DNA from: an uncultured Planctomycetota bacterium
Lineage (GTDB): Bacteria > Planctomycetota > PUPC01
Reading direction: 5' to 3'
DNA length: 64,000 nucleotides
Assembly (NCBI GenBank): GCA_964385685.1
Contig: CAYLQD010000001.1
Span: 13,432-77,431, forward strand
Shown: positions 38,684 through 49,266 of the stretch, in pieces
Numbering within the stretch: position 1 is the stretch's first letter
Layout of the letters: every line of letters begins with the position of its first letter
Position numbers and translations under genes: made by a program
The notes under the pieces: model-generated
Database searches by the model: none
What the model was told of the DNA's origin: nothing
What the model saw: the letters and a program-made list of their open reading frames with translations, nothing else

Positions 38684-39310
38684 CTATTTCGACAGCAGCT
38701 CGACGATCAACTGTTCTTGGATCGGCAACGTAACGTCCTCACGGGTCACCGGCCGGCTGACCCGGGCCCCGGGCGGCTCGGTCGCGACTTCGAGCCACGT
38801 CGGAACCGCGCGGCTCTGTGTCCTCTCCATCTGCGCCAGCAGCATCGCCTTCGACTTGTCGCGGCTCGCGACAGAGATCTCGTCGCCGACCTTGATCTCG
38901 CGGGACGGGATGGTCACGCGCTTGCCGTTGACGAGGACGTGCCCGTGCAGGATCATCTGCCGGGCGGTGCTGCGCGACGTGGCAAAGCCGGCGCAGGCGA
39001 CGGCGTTGTCGAGCCGCCGCTCGAGCGCGAGCAGCAGGTTTTCGCCCGTGTTGCCGCGGGTGCGCTCGGCGCGGCGGAAGGCCAGCCGGAACTGGGCTTC
39101 GAGGACGCCGTAGTAGCGCTTCACCTTTTGTTTCTCGCGCAGCTGCAGCCCGTACGGGGTGACCTTCCGTCGAGCCCAGGAGCGCATGCCGGGCGGGAAC
39201 TCACGCCGCTCGAGCGCGCACCGCGCGGTGTCGCAGCGTTCGCCCTTCAGGAAGAGCTTGGCGCCCTCCCGCCGGCACAACTTGCATTTGGGTCCGGTGT
39301 AACGAGCCAA
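38684..39310 (-). CDS. rpsD: 30S ribosomal protein S4
   Basis: MARYTGPKCKLCRREG zinc-ribbon N-terminus, S4 domain. Confidence 0.9.
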   Translation of the reverse strand: MARYTGPKCKLCRREGAKLFLKGERCDTARCALERREFPPGMRSWARRKVTPYGLQLREKQKVKRYYGVLEAQFRLAFRRAERTRGNTGENLLLALERRLDNAVACAGFATSRSTARQMILHGHVLVNGKRVTIPSREIKVGDEISVASRDKSKAMLLAQMERTQSRAVPTWLEVATEPPGARVSRPVTREDVTLPIQEQLIVELLSK

Positions 39311-39337
39311 TAGGCAACTCCTCAGTCGGTTTGCTCT

Positions 39338-39715
39338 CTAGACACGCCGCCGCTTCTTCGCCCGGCATCCGTTATGCGGCAGCGGGGTCACGTCTTCGAT
39401 GGCCTTGATCTCGAGCCCGGCGGCCTGCAGGGCGCGGACGGCCGACTCGCGGCCGGAGCCGGGGCCCTTGATGCGGACCTCGACCTGCCGCACGCCCATC
39501 TTCTGGGCCTTTTCAGCCACGCTCTCCGCCGTGCGCTGCGCGGCGAACGGGGTGCTCTTGCGCGAGCCCTTGAACCCGATCGTGCCGGCGCTCGCCCAGC
39601 ACAGCACGTCGCCGTTGAGATCGGTGATGGACACGATCGTGTTGTTGAACGTGGCCTTGACGGTGGCGAGCGCCTGCGTGGAAACTCGCCGCAATCGTTT
39701 TCGGGCTTTCGCCAT
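39338..39715 (-). CDS. rpsK: 30S ribosomal protein S11
   Basis: Start ATG 39715 (MAKARKRL...). [18 protein letters not shown]11 signature. Confidence 0.9.
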   Translation of the reverse strand: MAKARKRLRRVSTQALATVKATFNNTIVSITDLNGDVLCWASAGTIGFKGSRKSTPFAAQRTAESVAEKAQKMGVRQVEVRIKGPGSGRESAVRALQAAGLEIKAIEDVTPLPHNGCRAKKRRRV

Positions 39716-39745
39716 GGGGCACTCCTGTACCTGCAACAAGCCGGA

Positions 39746-40129
39746 CTAGCCGAGCGCCTTGACGCTCTTCTTGCCGGCGACAGTTTTCTTCGGGCCTTTC
39801 CGGGTCCGGGCGTTCGTTCGCGTCCGCTGCCCGCGCACGGGCAGGCCGCGCCGATGCCGCTCGCCGCGGTAACACCGGATCTCTCGCAGCCGCGCGATAT
39901 TCTGTGTGACCATGCGCCGCAGCTCGCCCTCGACCGTGTGGCTGCGGTCGATGATGCCCACGATGCGCGAGAGCTGTTCCTCGGTCAGATCGTCGGCGCG
40001 CGTCCCGACGGCGATGTCGGCCTCTTTCATGATGTTGAGGGCGCTCTTGCGGCCGATCCCGTGGATGTACGTCAGCGAGATTTCGGCCCGCTTCCGTCCG
40101 GGAATGTCGACTCCCATCACGCGGGGCAT
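39746..40129 (-). CDS. rpsM: 30S ribosomal protein S13
   Basis: [28 protein letters not shown]13 signature. Confidence 0.9.
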   Translation of the reverse strand: MPRVMGVDIPGRKRAEISLTYIHGIGRKSALNIMKEADIAVGTRADDLTEEQLSRIVGIIDRSHTVEGELRRMVTQNIARLREIRCYRGERHRRGLPVRGQRTRTNARTRKGPKKTVAGKKSVKALG

Positions 40130-40153
40130 GTCTGGTCTCCTTCGTCCTCTACG

Positions 40154-40270
40154 TTATTTTCCCTGCCGCTGCTTGTGGCGGGGGTCGGTGCAGATGACGC
40201 GCACGACGCCCTTCCGCTTAATCAGCTTGCAGTTCTCGCAGATGCGCTTCACTGAGCTACGCACCTTCAT
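40154..40270 (-). CDS. rpmJ: 50S ribosomal protein L36
   Basis: Not in the ORF track. [38 protein letters not shown] read from the minus strand. Start overlaps the infA stop (ATGA). Confidence 0.85.
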   Translation of the reverse strand: MKVRSSVKRICENCKLIKRKGVVRVICTDPRHKQRQGK

Positions 40271-40527
40271 TTCGATGCTCCTTCCTCGCCGGGCGCGGAC
40301 CGCTGCGGCCGCCGGCCGCGGTAGACGATCCGGCCACGTGTCAGGTCGTAGGGCGACAGCTCGAGGGTCACCGTGTCGCCCGGCAGGATCCGGATGAAGT
40401 GCATCCGCATCTTACCGGAGACGTGTGCGAGGACCCGGTGTCCGCCCTCGAGTTCGACGCTGAACATCGCGTTCGGCAGGGCCTCGCGCACGACTGCTTC
40501 GACCGTGATTGCTTCTTCTTTCGCCAT
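40267..40527 (-). CDS. infA: translation initiation factor IF-1
   Basis: S1-like OB fold, [30 protein letters not shown]. Confidence 0.9.
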   Translation of the reverse strand: MAKEEAITVEAVVREALPNAMFSVELEGGHRVLAHVSGKMRMHFIRILPGDTVTLELSPYDLTRGRIVYRGRRPQRSAPGEEGASK

Positions 40528-40543
40528 ATTTCCTCGCGCCTCT

Positions 40544-41320
40544 CTACGGCAGCGTCAAGATTTCGTGCCCGCTCGGCGTGACGGCGACGGTGTGCTCGAA
40601 ATGAGCCGACCGTTCTCCGTCCGCCGTCCGCACGGGCCATTCGTCCGGAGCGACTCGCACCTGGTGCCCGCCGGCGTTGATCATCGGCTCGATCGCCAAC
40701 ACCAGCCCGGGCTCCATCGTCACGCTGCGGTACTGCGTCGTCTTGAAGTTGGGCACTTCCGGCGCCTGGTGCATCGCGGTGCCGATTCCGTGGCCGACGA
40801 AGTCGCGGACCACGGAAAACCCGTTCTTCTCCACATGCCGCTGGACGGCTTCTCCGATTTTCGAAAGAGCGTTGCCAGGCCGGACCTGCTCGATGGCCTG
40901 CCCCAGCGCCTCGCGACACACCCGCAGCAGCTTGGCCGTGCCGGCCGACACGTCGCCGACGGGAATCGTCGTGGCGGTGTCGGCGAAGAAGCCCTGGTGC
41001 TCGACGCCGACGTCGATGCTGACTACGTCGCCTGCGGCCAGCGCCCGGTCATCCGGGATACCGTGCACGACGCCGTCGTTGACCGACGCGCAGATCGTCG
41101 CGGGGAACGGCGGCCGCCCGGCCGCCTGATACCCCTTGAACGCCGGGACACCGCCGTGGCTGCGGATGAGCTCCTCGGCGGCGGCGTCCAGCTCGAGCGT
41201 GGTCACGCCCGGAGCCGCCGTCGCCTCGAGGCGCTCAAGAACCGCGGCGACGATCCGGCCCGCCTCTCGCATGATGGCGATTTCTTGAGGCGTCCGGAGC
41301 GGTATTCCGCCTGGCATCAC
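40544..41320 (-). CDS. map: type I methionine aminopeptidase
   Basis: Metal-ligand motifs ([36 protein letters not shown]). Confidence 0.9.
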   Translation of the reverse strand: MMPGGIPLRTPQEIAIMREAGRIVAAVLERLEATAAPGVTTLELDAAAEELIRSHGGVPAFKGYQAAGRPPFPATICASVNDGVVHGIPDDRALAAGDVVSIDVGVEHQGFFADTATTIPVGDVSAGTAKLLRVCREALGQAIEQVRPGNALSKIGEAVQRHVEKNGFSVVRDFVGHGIGTAMHQAPEVPNFKTTQYRSVTMEPGLVLAIEPMINAGGHQVRVAPDEWPVRTADGERSAHFEHTVAVTPSGHEILTLP

Positions 41321-41360
41321 ACAAGTTTCTCAAAGACCATACTCACGTCGGCCCCGCCTC

Positions 41361-42005
41361 CTATGCTGCGAGGGCCTTGTTGACTGTTCCGGCGATCTCG
41401 CCGACCTTGCCGGCGCTGTCGATTTCGACGAGCGAGCCGGCCTGCCGGTAATGATCGATCAGCTCGGCGGTCTGGGCCGCATAGACCTCGAGCCGGTTCT
41501 GAATCGTCTCGGGCTTGTCGTCGTCCCGCTGAATCAATTCGGTGCCGCACTTGTCGCAAATGCCTTCCGTCTTCGGCGGCATGGCCTCGACGTGGAAGCC
41601 CGCCTTGCAGGCGGGGCAGGCGCGCCGGCCGGAGAGCCGCCGGATGAGCACGTCGTCGGGGGCGCTGAAATACAGCACCGTGTCGACCGCCTCGTTTCGC
41701 TCCGCGAGCTTGGCCTCGAGGGCCGCGGCCTGCGCCATCGTCCGGGGGAATCCGTCGAGCAGATATCCGCTCGCGCAGTCCGGCTGGGCGAGTCGCTGGG
41801 CGACCATCGCGACGACGAGGTCGTCGGGCACAAGCTCGCCGCGGTCCATATAGGCCTTGGCCCGGCCTCCGAGATCGGAGCCCGCCTCGACTTCGGCGCG
41901 GAGAATCTCGCCGGTCGAGATGTGCGGGATCCCCTGTGCCGCGGCCGCCTGAGCGGCCTGCGTGCCTTTGCCGACGCCGGGGGGGCCAAGAAAAATGATC
42001 TTCAC
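41361..42005 (-). CDS. adk: adenylate kinase with zinc-binding lid
   Basis: GPPGVGKGTQA P-loop. CPACKAG...CDKCG lid Cys. Confidence 0.9.
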   Translation of the reverse strand: MKIIFLGPPGVGKGTQAAQAAAAQGIPHISTGEILRAEVEAGSDLGGRAKAYMDRGELVPDDLVVAMVAQRLAQPDCASGYLLDGFPRTMAQAAALEAKLAERNEAVDTVLYFSAPDDVLIRRLSGRRACPACKAGFHVEAMPPKTEGICDKCGTELIQRDDDKPETIQNRLEVYAAQTAELIDHYRQAGSLVEIDSAGKVGEIAGTVNKALAA

Positions 42006-42011
42006 GATAAC

Positions 42012-43388
42012 TTACCCCTGCCGTCCTTTGATTCGGGAGCCGCCCTTGAGGAAGCCGTCGTAGTGGCGCATCAGCAGGTGGTTTTCGATCTTCTGAACCA
42101 GGTCGAGGGCGACGCCCACGACAATCAGAATCCCGGTGCCGCCGTAGATGAACGCGGCCGGACCGATGTTGATCTGCCGCTGAATAATGTACGGCAGGAT
42201 GGCGATGACCGAGATGAACGCGGCGCCGGCGAGCGTGATGCGCGTCATCACCCGCTCGAAATACTCCGCGGTCCGCTTGCCGGGCCGGATGCCCGGAATG
42301 AAATTTCCGCGCTCCTTCATGTCATCCGCCATCTTGATGGGGTTGAACTGGACGGCGGTCCAGAAGAAGCAGAAGAACACGATCAGGGCGACGTAGGCCA
42401 CCAGGTAGCTGTTGGTCTGCATGTCGAAGAGAGCGCCGATCTGGTAGCACAAGTCCGACAGGAAGCCCTGGGGGACCTTCTGGGCCACCCATCCGAAGAT
42501 CGACCGCGGGAACATCAGGAGGGACTGGGCGAAAATGATGGGAATGACGCCTGCAGCCCCGACCTTCAGCGGGAGATAATAGCGCTGGCCGCCGAAGACC
42601 CGCCGCCCCTTGATTTGTTTCGCCGTCTGAACCGTCACGCGGCGCTGCCCCTGGTTCAGCAACACCACCCCGACCACGACGAGCACGTACATCATAATCA
42701 GGCCCGAGACGCCGAGGATGCCGATCTTGTCGGCGGCCGGGTTGAACATGTTCGGGTCGACCTGCGTGCGGAACATCCGGCCGATCGTTGGCGGCATGCG
42801 GGCGACGATGCCGGTCATGATGATGAGCGAGATGCCGTTGCCGATCCCGTGCTCCTGAATCTGCTCGCCGAGCCACATCAGGAGGAGCGTGCCGGTCGTC
42901 AGCGACGCGATGCAGATCATCTCGAAGCCGATCCCCTCACGCACGCCCGGCGGCACGACAAACGTGCTCTTGACCTGGAACCCTTCGATCTGCCGCGCGA
43001 GGAAATAGCCCTGAACGAAGCACAGCAGAACGGTGGCGTAGCGCGTGTACTGGTTGATCTTTTTCTGCCCGGCCTCGCCCTCTTTCTGCAGTTCTTCGAG
43101 CGGCTTGATGATCGTCGCCAGGAGCTGGAACACGATCGACGCGCTGATGTAGGGCATGATGCCGAGGCCGAAGACGGCGCAGCGGCTGAGCGCGCCGCCG
43201 GCGAACATGTCGACGAGCCCGAGCGCGCCCGTCGTGCCTTGAGCGGCGTAGTCGCCCACGGCCCTCGTGTCGACGCCGGGCACCGGGATGTAGGCGCCGA
43301 TGCGGAACACGGCGAGCAGCACGAGCGTGAAGAGGATCTTCCGCCGCAGCTCTGGAATTCGGAAGCAATTGATGAGCGGTTCTATCAT
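42012..43388 (-). CDS. secY: preprotein translocase subunit SecY
   Basis: 458 aa, 10 TM segments, conserved SecY motifs. Confidence 0.9.
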   Translation of the reverse strand: MIEPLINCFRIPELRRKILFTLVLLAVFRIGAYIPVPGVDTRAVGDYAAQGTTGALGLVDMFAGGALSRCAVFGLGIMPYISASIVFQLLATIIKPLEELQKEGEAGQKKINQYTRYATVLLCFVQGYFLARQIEGFQVKSTFVVPPGVREGIGFEMICIASLTTGTLLLMWLGEQIQEHGIGNGISLIIMTGIVARMPPTIGRMFRTQVDPNMFNPAADKIGILGVSGLIMMYVLVVVGVVLLNQGQRRVTVQTAKQIKGRRVFGGQRYYLPLKVGAAGVIPIIFAQSLLMFPRSIFGWVAQKVPQGFLSDLCYQIGALFDMQTNSYLVAYVALIVFFCFFWTAVQFNPIKMADDMKERGNFIPGIRPGKRTAEYFERVMTRITLAGAAFISVIAILPYIIQRQINIGPAAFIYGGTGILIVVGVALDLVQKIENHLLMRHYDGFLKGGSRIKGRQG

Positions 43389-43398
43389 TACGTTCGGC

Positions 43399-43842
43399 CT
43401 ACGAAATCATCTCCGCTTTTCCGCCGGCGGCGAGGATCTTCTCCCGCGCGGTCTCCGAGAAGGCGTTGGCCCTGACCGTCAGCGGCTTCGCCACGTCGCC
43501 CGAGCCGAGGATCTTAACGCCGTTCGCGGCGCTGCGGATCAGGCCCGCGGCGAGCAGCGACTCGGGGTTGACTTCCTCTTCGCCGGGCCAGGTGGCCAGG
43601 TCGCCGACGTTGATCGTCGCCGGCCGGCGCTGGAAGCGCTTGTTGTTGAACCCGCGCTTGGGGATCCGGCGGAACAACGGCATCTGGCCGCCTTCATAGG
43701 TGGCCTCGATGACCTCGCCGGCCCGCGATTTCGCGCCGCGATGGCCCCTGCCGGATGTCTTGCCCCAGCCGGACCCGTTGCCACGCCCGATGCGTCGGGC
43801 CTTCTTGTATTTCTTGCCTGCGGTGGCGTCCGACAGGTTCAC
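43399..43842 (-). CDS. rplO: 50S ribosomal protein L15
   Basis: RIGRGNGSGWGKTSGRGHRGAKSR L15 signature. Directly follows rpsE (ATGA overlap), so no rpmD (L30) gene is present. Confidence 0.9.
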   Translation of the reverse strand: MNLSDATAGKKYKKARRIGRGNGSGWGKTSGRGHRGAKSRAGEVIEATYEGGQMPLFRRIPKRGFNNKRFQRRPATINVGDLATWPGEEEVNPESLLAAGLIRSAANGVKILGSGDVAKPLTVRANAFSETAREKILAAGGKAEMIS

Positions 43843-44357
43843 TCGAGCGTCACTCCTCTGAGTTGTTCCACAGTCTGCCGGTCGCGCATCTCCAGCAGTC
43901 CCTGCAGGGCCGCTTTGACGAGGTTCTTGGCCGACGTGCTGCCGTAGGATTTCGTGAGCACGTCCCGGACACCCGCGGCCTCGACGACGGCGCGGACGGC
44001 TGCTCCGGCGATGATGCCGGTACCGGGCGCGGCGGGCTTCATAAACACGCGCGACGCGAGGTACCGCCCGATCACCTCGTGCGGGAGCGTGTGCCCGGTG
44101 AGGGTGACCTTTTTCATGGAGCGGCGCGCCTTCTTGAATCCTTTCTCGATGGCGGACGGCACTTCGTTCGCCTTGCCGTATCCGATGCCGACGCTGCCGT
44201 TCTGGTCGCCGACGACGGTCAGCGCGGCAAAGCTGAACCGGCGGCCGCCCTTGACGACTGCGGCCGAGCGATACACCTTGACGACGGACTCGAACAGCTC
44301 GGAGCCCTCACGCTCCGGCCCGTCTCTCCGGCCTCGGCGTCTTCCTGCTTCTGACAA
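43839..44357 (-). CDS. rpsE: 30S ribosomal protein S5
   Basis: dsRBD and S5 C-terminal domains (VVKGGRRFSFAALTVVGD). Confidence 0.9.
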   Translation of the reverse strand: MSEAGRRRGRRDGPEREGSELFESVVKVYRSAAVVKGGRRFSFAALTVVGDQNGSVGIGYGKANEVPSAIEKGFKKARRSMKKVTLTGHTLPHEVIGRYLASRVFMKPAAPGTGIIAGAAVRAVVEAAGVRDVLTKSYGSTSAKNLVKAALQGLLEMRDRQTVEQLRGVTLE

Positions 44358-44388
44358 CGGTCACCCCCAATCGATGACGGTGTGCGTT

Positions 44389-44763
44389 CTAAAAGACGAG
44401 TCCGCCCTCACGCGCGGCATCGGCCAGCGCCTTGATGCGGCCGTGGTAGCGATAGCCCGCGCGGTCGAAGACGACCTTCTTGATGCCGTGCGCGAGCGCT
44501 TTTTCGGCGAGCCGGCGGCCCACCGCCGACGCAGCGGCACACCCGCCGGCGCTCGCGTCGCCCAGCTCCTGCCGGAGATCGGGCTGAAGCGTCGACGCGG
44601 CCGCAAGCGTGCGGGCGACGGTGTCGTCGATGATCTGCGCGGAAATATGTTTCAGGCTGCGAAAGACGACCAGCCGCGGCTGCCCTTCCGTGCCCGAGAC
44701 CTTTTTCCGAACGCGCCGGTGCCGCCGAATGCGTTGCTGTCGTTTCTCTTTCTGTCGATCCAT
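44389..44763 (-). CDS. rplR: 50S ribosomal protein L18
   Basis: [21 protein letters not shown]18 signature. Confidence 0.9.
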   Translation of the reverse strand: MDRQKEKRQQRIRRHRRVRKKVSGTEGQPRLVVFRSLKHISAQIIDDTVARTLAAASTLQPDLRQELGDASAGGCAAASAVGRRLAEKALAHGIKKVVFDRAGYRYHGRIKALADAAREGGLVF

Positions 44764-44784
44764 CGCCGTGTCCTATCGAGCCGC

Positions 44785-45399
44785 CTAGGCCGTTGTTCCC
44801 GCGAGGGCCTTGCCGGCCTTGCGCTTCACTTCCTCGTCCAGATACCGGATGCCCTTGCCCTTGTAGGGCTCGGGCTTGCGGAGCGAGCGGACGGCCGCGG
44901 CGAACTGCCCGACCGCCTGCTTGTCGACGCTGTGCATCTTGACGTTCACACACGGCGCCTGTCCGGCCCCGGTGATCGTCAGGTTGCCCGACTCGGGCGG
45001 GTCGACCGTGATGCCTTCGGGAATCGCCACGCGAAGCTCGTTGGCGAAGCCGCACCGGAGCACGAGCGTCTGCCCTTCGACCTTGGCGTTGTACCCGACG
45101 CCGACGACCTGGAGCTGCTTCGTGTAGCCCTCGTGGACGCCGACGATCAGGTTCGAGATGAGGCGTTGGGTCGTGCCCCACATCGCGCGCTGCTTGCGGG
45201 CCACGCGGATGCTGAGGCCGCTCATGTCGCGCAGGGCCACGCGGACCTCCCGCGCCGAATCGTCGACGGTCACGTCGACGGCGTCGCTCAGCGAGAGTTC
45301 GGCGGACCCCTTCGGGCCTTCGGCCCGGATCACGCCGCTCTCGAGCGACACCTTGACGCCGTCCGGGATCGGGACGGGCATTTTTCCGATTCTTGACAT
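44785..45399 (-). CDS. rplF: 50S ribosomal protein L6
   Basis: MSRIGKMPVPIPDGVKV. Two L6 repeats. Confidence 0.9.
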   Translation of the reverse strand: MSRIGKMPVPIPDGVKVSLESGVIRAEGPKGSAELSLSDAVDVTVDDSAREVRVALRDMSGLSIRVARKQRAMWGTTQRLISNLIVGVHEGYTKQLQVVGVGYNAKVEGQTLVLRCGFANELRVAIPEGITVDPPESGNLTITGAGQAPCVNVKMHSVDKQAVGQFAAAVRSLRKPEPYKGKGIRYLDEEVKRKAGKALAGTTA

Positions 45400-45403
45400 T
45401 CGC

Positions 45404-45802
45404 TCACCACACCGTACAGAGGACTTCGCCGCCGACGCGCTGCTTGCGGCATTCGCGGTCGCTCAGCACGCCCTTCGGGGTTGACACGATATAGATGCCG
45501 AGCCCGTTCCTGGCGGTGCCGAGGTCGTCGGCTCCGCGGTAGAGACGCCGGCCCGGCCGGCTGGCTCGTTCGATACGATTGATCACGTCTTCGTCTTCGG
45601 GCCCGTATTTCAGGTAGATCTTGACGAGCGGTTGGGGCTTCGCGTCGATCGGGGCGTAGTCGTCGATGAACCCCTCGCGCTTCAGCACATCGGCCACGGC
45701 GAGGTTCAGCTTCGAGTGGAGCACCTCGACGGTCTTGGACCGGTTGCGCAGGGCGTTCCGGATACGGGTCAACATGTCGGCGACAAGGTCAGTCATTGTC
45801 AT
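45404..45802 (-). CDS. rpsH: 30S ribosomal protein S8
   Basis: DLVADMLTRIRNAL S8 signature. Confidence 0.9.
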   Translation of the reverse strand: MTMTDLVADMLTRIRNALRNRSKTVEVLHSKLNLAVADVLKREGFIDDYAPIDAKPQPLVKIYLKYGPEDEDVINRIERASRPGRRLYRGADDLGTARNGLGIYIVSTPKGVLSDRECRKQRVGGEVLCTVW

Positions 45803-45834
45803 GTATCATGTGCTCCTGCCGGCGCTCGTCTGGC

Positions 45835-46020
45835 TCACCAACTCGCTTTCCGGACACCCGGGATCTGCCCGGCGGACGCCAGGTTGCGGAAACAGATCCG
45901 GCAGATGTTGAACTTCCGGAGGTACGCGCGGCGCCGGCCGCACAGCGCGCAGCGGTTGTATTGCCGCACGCCGAACTTGGGGGGCCGGTTGCACCGATTG
46001 ATCCAGCTCTTTCGCGCCAT
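45835..46020 (-). CDS. rpsN: 30S ribosomal protein S14 type Z (zinc-binding)
   Basis: 61 aa, [20 protein letters not shown] zinc motif. Confidence 0.9.
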   Translation of the reverse strand: MARKSWINRCNRPPKFGVRQYNRCALCGRRRAYLRKFNICRICFRNLASAGQIPGVRKASW

Positions 46021-46028
46021 AGTCGTCC

Positions 46029-46565
46029 TCAGCTTGTTGCGAACGGCATCCCAAACAGGCGGAGCAGCTCGCGGCCCTCGTCGTCGGACCGGGCCGACGT
46101 GACGATGGTGACGTGCATCCCCTGCGCGACCTTGACCTTGTCCGGGTCGATCTCGGGGAACACGGCCTGCTCGTTGATGCCAAACGTATAGTCACCGCGG
46201 CCGTCGAACGACCGCTCCGACAGGCCGCGGAAGTCACGCAGTCGCGGGATGGCGACTGAGATAAGCCGCTCGAGAAACTCGTACATCCGGGCGCCCCGTA
46301 GGGTGACGCGGGCGCCGACGGACATGCCTTCGCGGACCTTGAAGCCCGCGACCGACTTGCGGGCCTTCGTTGCCACCGCCTTCTGGCCGGTGATCAGCGC
46401 GAGGTCGTCGAGCGCCTGCGGCAGCCGCTCCTTGTCGTCCTGCCCGGTGCCCGCGCTCAACACGATCTTTTCGAGCCGGGGCACGGCGAGGGAGTTCTTG
46501 TACCCGAACCGCTCGACCATGGCCGGGAGGATGTCTTCTTTGTACTGTCGCAGCAGGTTCGTCAC
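46029..46565 (-). CDS. rplE: 50S ribosomal protein L5
   Basis: Conserved L5 N- and C-terminal motifs. 178 aa. Confidence 0.9.
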   Translation of the reverse strand: MTNLLRQYKEDILPAMVERFGYKNSLAVPRLEKIVLSAGTGQDDKERLPQALDDLALITGQKAVATKARKSVAGFKVREGMSVGARVTLRGARMYEFLERLISVAIPRLRDFRGLSERSFDGRGDYTFGINEQAVFPEIDPDKVKVAQGMHVTIVTSARSDDEGRELLRLFGMPFATS

Positions 46566-46592
46566 CGGTCTTAAGACTCCACGACCTGTTTC

Positions 46593-46937
46593 CTACACGG
46601 CGGCCTCGATGGGTTCGCCACATTTCTTGCACACGCGGACGGAACGGCCTTCAGCGGCTTTCCGTGCGGCGTGCGTTTTCGACTCGCACCTGGCGCAATA
46701 CAGGGCGACGTTCGACACGCTGATGGGCGCCTCCTTGCGGATGATGCCGCCGCGGGGGTAGTCGCGGTTCGCATTCGCCCGGAGGTGCTTGTGCTTGACG
46801 TTCACGCCCTCGACGATAATGAGGTCTTTGCTTCGGAAGACCTTGAGCACGCGGGCGGTCGCGCCTTTCCGCGCGGGCGTCGCGCCGCTGAAGTCCTTCA
46901 GAAGAATGACCATGTCGTTCTTGCAGATGTGCGCCAT
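46593..46937 (-). CDS. rplX: 50S ribosomal protein L24 with C-terminal zinc-ribbon extension
   Basis: KOW core ([24 protein letters not shown]). C-terminus [30 protein letters not shown] has CxxC...CxxC. Confidence 0.85.
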   Translation of the reverse strand: MAHICKNDMVILLKDFSGATPARKGATARVLKVFRSKDLIIVEGVNVKHKHLRANANRDYPRGGIIRKEAPISVSNVALYCARCESKTHAARKAAEGRSVRVCKKCGEPIEAAV

Positions 46938-46943
46938 AGTTCC

Positions 46944-47312
46944 TTACACCACCTCGGTCGCCAGCGAGATGATCTTCATGAAGTTCCTGGCCCGGAGTTC
47001 GCGGGGGACGGCTCCGAAGATGCGCGTGCCCCGCGGGTTCTTGTCGTCGCCGATGATGACGACGGCATTGCTGTCGAAGCGGACATAGGAGCCGTCGGGC
47101 CGCTGGAGCCCCTTCTTGGTCCGCACGATCACGCCGCGCACCACGTCGCCCTGCTTGATGGCGGCGTTGGGGGCGGCTTTCTTCACGCTCAGCACGACGA
47201 TGTCGCCGATGCTCGCGTAGCGGCGCCGGGTCCCGCCCAGCACCTTGATGCAGGCGACGCGCTTTGCGCCGCTGTTGTCCGCCACGTCCAGCTTGGTCTC
47301 GGCCTGAATCAT
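46944..47312 (-). CDS. rplN: 50S ribosomal protein L14
   Basis: [18 protein letters not shown]14 N-terminus. Confidence 0.9.
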   Translation of the reverse strand: MIQAETKLDVADNSGAKRVACIKVLGGTRRRYASIGDIVVLSVKKAAPNAAIKQGDVVRGVIVRTKKGLQRPDGSYVRFDSNAVVIIGDDKNPRGTRIFGAVPRELRARNFMKIISLATEVV

Positions 47313-47315
47313 CGT

Positions 47316-47582
47316 TTACTCTTCGGGGCCCTGCTCGAGGATCTCAATCAGGCGCCAGCGCTTGCTCTTGCTGAGGGGCCGGGTCGCTGCGATGCAGACG
47401 CGCGCGCCGATCCGCGCCTCGTTGTTCTCGTCGTGCGCCTTGAACCGCCGGCGCTGCCGGACGAACTTGCCGTAGAGCTTGTGCTTTACCTTGCGGACGG
47501 ACTCGACCGCGATCGTCTTGTCCATCGCGGCGCTCGTGACGACGCCGATAACGGTCTTGGCCGGTTTGCGCTCGTTGCTCAT
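47316..47582 (-). CDS. rpsQ: 30S ribosomal protein S17
   Basis: OB-fold S17 motifs (GVVTSAAMDKTIAV...KFKAHDENNEARIGARV). Confidence 0.9.
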   Translation of the reverse strand: MSNERKPAKTVIGVVTSAAMDKTIAVESVRKVKHKLYGKFVRQRRRFKAHDENNEARIGARVCIAATRPLSKSKRWRLIEILEQGPEE

Positions 47583-47815
47583 GTCTGGGGCGCCTCATTC
47601 TCGGTCTCGGCGGCCTGGGCGGCCTGGGCGCGCCGCCGCTCGGCCAGGATCGTCCGCAGCCGGGCGACGTCTCGGCGCGTCTTTCCCAATTCGGCCGTGC
47701 TCTCCAGGTTCTGCGTCGTGCGCTGAAAGTGGAGATTGAACAGTTTCTGCACGGCGTTCTCCAACTCGTTGACCAGTTCGGTGTCGGACAACGCTCGGAT
47801 TTCTGCGGGCCTCAC
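47579..47815 (-). CDS. rpmC: 50S ribosomal protein L29
   Basis: 78 aa from GTG 47815 (overlaps the rplP TGA: GTGA). LSDTELVNELENAVQKLFNLHFQ L29 signature. Confidence 0.85.
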   Translation of the reverse strand: MRPAEIRALSDTELVNELENAVQKLFNLHFQRTTQNLESTAELGKTRRDVARLRTILAERRRAQAAQAAETENEAPQT

Positions 47816-48231
47816 CAGGCGTGTCTCCTGTGCACGAACTTGGTCTTGACGGGGAACTTGTGTGCGGCCCGGTTGAACGCCTGGATCGCGGCGTCTTCGG
47901 GCACGCCGCCGATCTCGAAAATAACCGTGCCGGGCTTGACCTCGACGACCCACATCTCGGGCTCGCCTTTGCCCTTCCCCATCCGTGTCTCGGGCGGCCG
48001 CGAGGTGACGGGCTTGTGGGGGAAGACGCGAATCCACAGCCGCCCCTCGCGCGAGAGGAAGTGCGACACGGCGACGCGGCCGGCTTCGAGCTGGCGTGCC
48101 GTGACCCAGCCGGGCTCGAGTACCTGCAGGCCATAGTCGCCGAACGCGACATAGTGGCCGCGGGTGGCGTTGCCCTTGATCCGGCCCCGCTGGACCTTGC
48201 GGTGCTTGACTCGTTTCGGCATCAGGGGCAT
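47812..48231 (-). CDS. rplP: 50S ribosomal protein L16
   Basis: MPKRVKHRKVQRGRIKG L16 N-terminus. Confidence 0.9.
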   Translation of the reverse strand: MPLMPKRVKHRKVQRGRIKGNATRGHYVAFGDYGLQVLEPGWVTARQLEAGRVAVSHFLSREGRLWIRVFPHKPVTSRPPETRMGKGKGEPEMWVVEVKPGTVIFEIGGVPEDAAIQAFNRAAHKFPVKTKFVHRRHAW

Positions 48232-48917
48232 CAGTCAGTTCCTCCAGCCGCTGCCGGTTCCTCGGCGGCTTCCCCGGCCTGCAGGGAGCCGGGGGGCTTG
48301 AGCCCGTTGTAGACCCAGACCTTGACGCCGATCGTGCCGGACTTGGTGACGCAGGTTGTGAACCCATAGTCGATATCGGCATCGAGCGTGTGGAGCGGGA
48401 TCATCCCATTGACGACGCGCTCGCTCCGGCGCATTTCCGAGCCGCCCAGGCGGCCGGAGATCTCGATCTTGATGCCCTTGGCGCCCATCTGCATCGCGGT
48501 CTCGGCGGCTTTCTTGAGCGCCCGGCGAAACGACGAGCGCTTCTGAAGCTGCTCGGAGATCGCCTGCCCGATGAGGGTCGCATCGCGCTCGGGCCGTTCG
48601 ATCTCCTTGATGTCGATATGGACCGCGCAGTCGGCCAGGTCCTCCAGCTCGCCGCGGAGCCGGTCGACCTCCTGCCCCTTGCGGCCGATGATGACGCCGG
48701 GCCGGGCGCAGTGCAGGGTGACGCGTGCCTCGCCGCTGGTCCGCTCGATGTCGATGCGGGGGATGCCGGCGAACTGGTACTGTTTCTTGATGTGTTTCCG
48801 GATCTTCTGGTCGGACACGAGCATCTTGCCGAAGTTCTTCTTGTTCGCGTACCACCGGCTCCGCCAGGTCTGGTTCAGGCCCAGGCGAAGCGAGATCGGA
48901 TTGACTTTCTGGCCCAC
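48231..48917 (-). CDS. rpsC: 30S ribosomal protein S3
   Basis: GTG 48917 (VGQKVNPISLRLG) with GAGGAAA SD. KH and S3 C-terminal domains. The ORF continues upstream to 49349 through rplV in another frame. Confidence 0.9.
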   Translation of the reverse strand: MGQKVNPISLRLGLNQTWRSRWYANKKNFGKMLVSDQKIRKHIKKQYQFAGIPRIDIERTSGEARVTLHCARPGVIIGRKGQEVDRLRGELEDLADCAVHIDIKEIERPERDATLIGQAISEQLQKRSSFRRALKKAAETAMQMGAKGIKIEISGRLGGSEMRRSERVVNGMIPLHTLDADIDYGFTTCVTKSGTIGVKVWVYNGLKPPGSLQAGEAAEEPAAAGGTD

Positions 48918-48918
48918 G

Positions 48919-49260
48919 TTAGTTTCCTCGGTCAGACAACGTGACGCTGATGTGACAACTTCGCTTCTGGATCGGCCGGACGCGGCCGCGGTCGCCCGGG
49001 CGAAAGCGCCGGAGCGACGGGCCCTGATCGACCGTGGCGGAGGCGACGACGAAGTCGGCCTCGTCGAGCCGGCCGCCGAGTTCGATCGCGTTGGCCCATG
49101 CCGATTTGACGACCTTCTCGAGCAGGCGGGCCGAGCGCTGCGGACTGACTCGCAGGGCGTCCAAGGCGTCGGGCAGCGCCATGTTCTTGATGACCTTCGC
49201 CATCGGCCGCACCTTGGTCGGCGATACCCGAACGAATCGGTGTCTGGCGGTCGCTTCCAT
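48919..49260 (-). CDS. rplV: 50S ribosomal protein L22
   Basis: ARHRFVRVSPTKVRPMAKVIKN L22 signature. Confidence 0.9.
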   Translation of the reverse strand: MEATARHRFVRVSPTKVRPMAKVIKNMALPDALDALRVSPQRSARLLEKVVKSAWANAIELGGRLDEADFVVASATVDQGPSLRRFRPGDRGRVRPIQKRSCHISVTLSDRGN

Positions 49261-49266
49261 CGCCTC

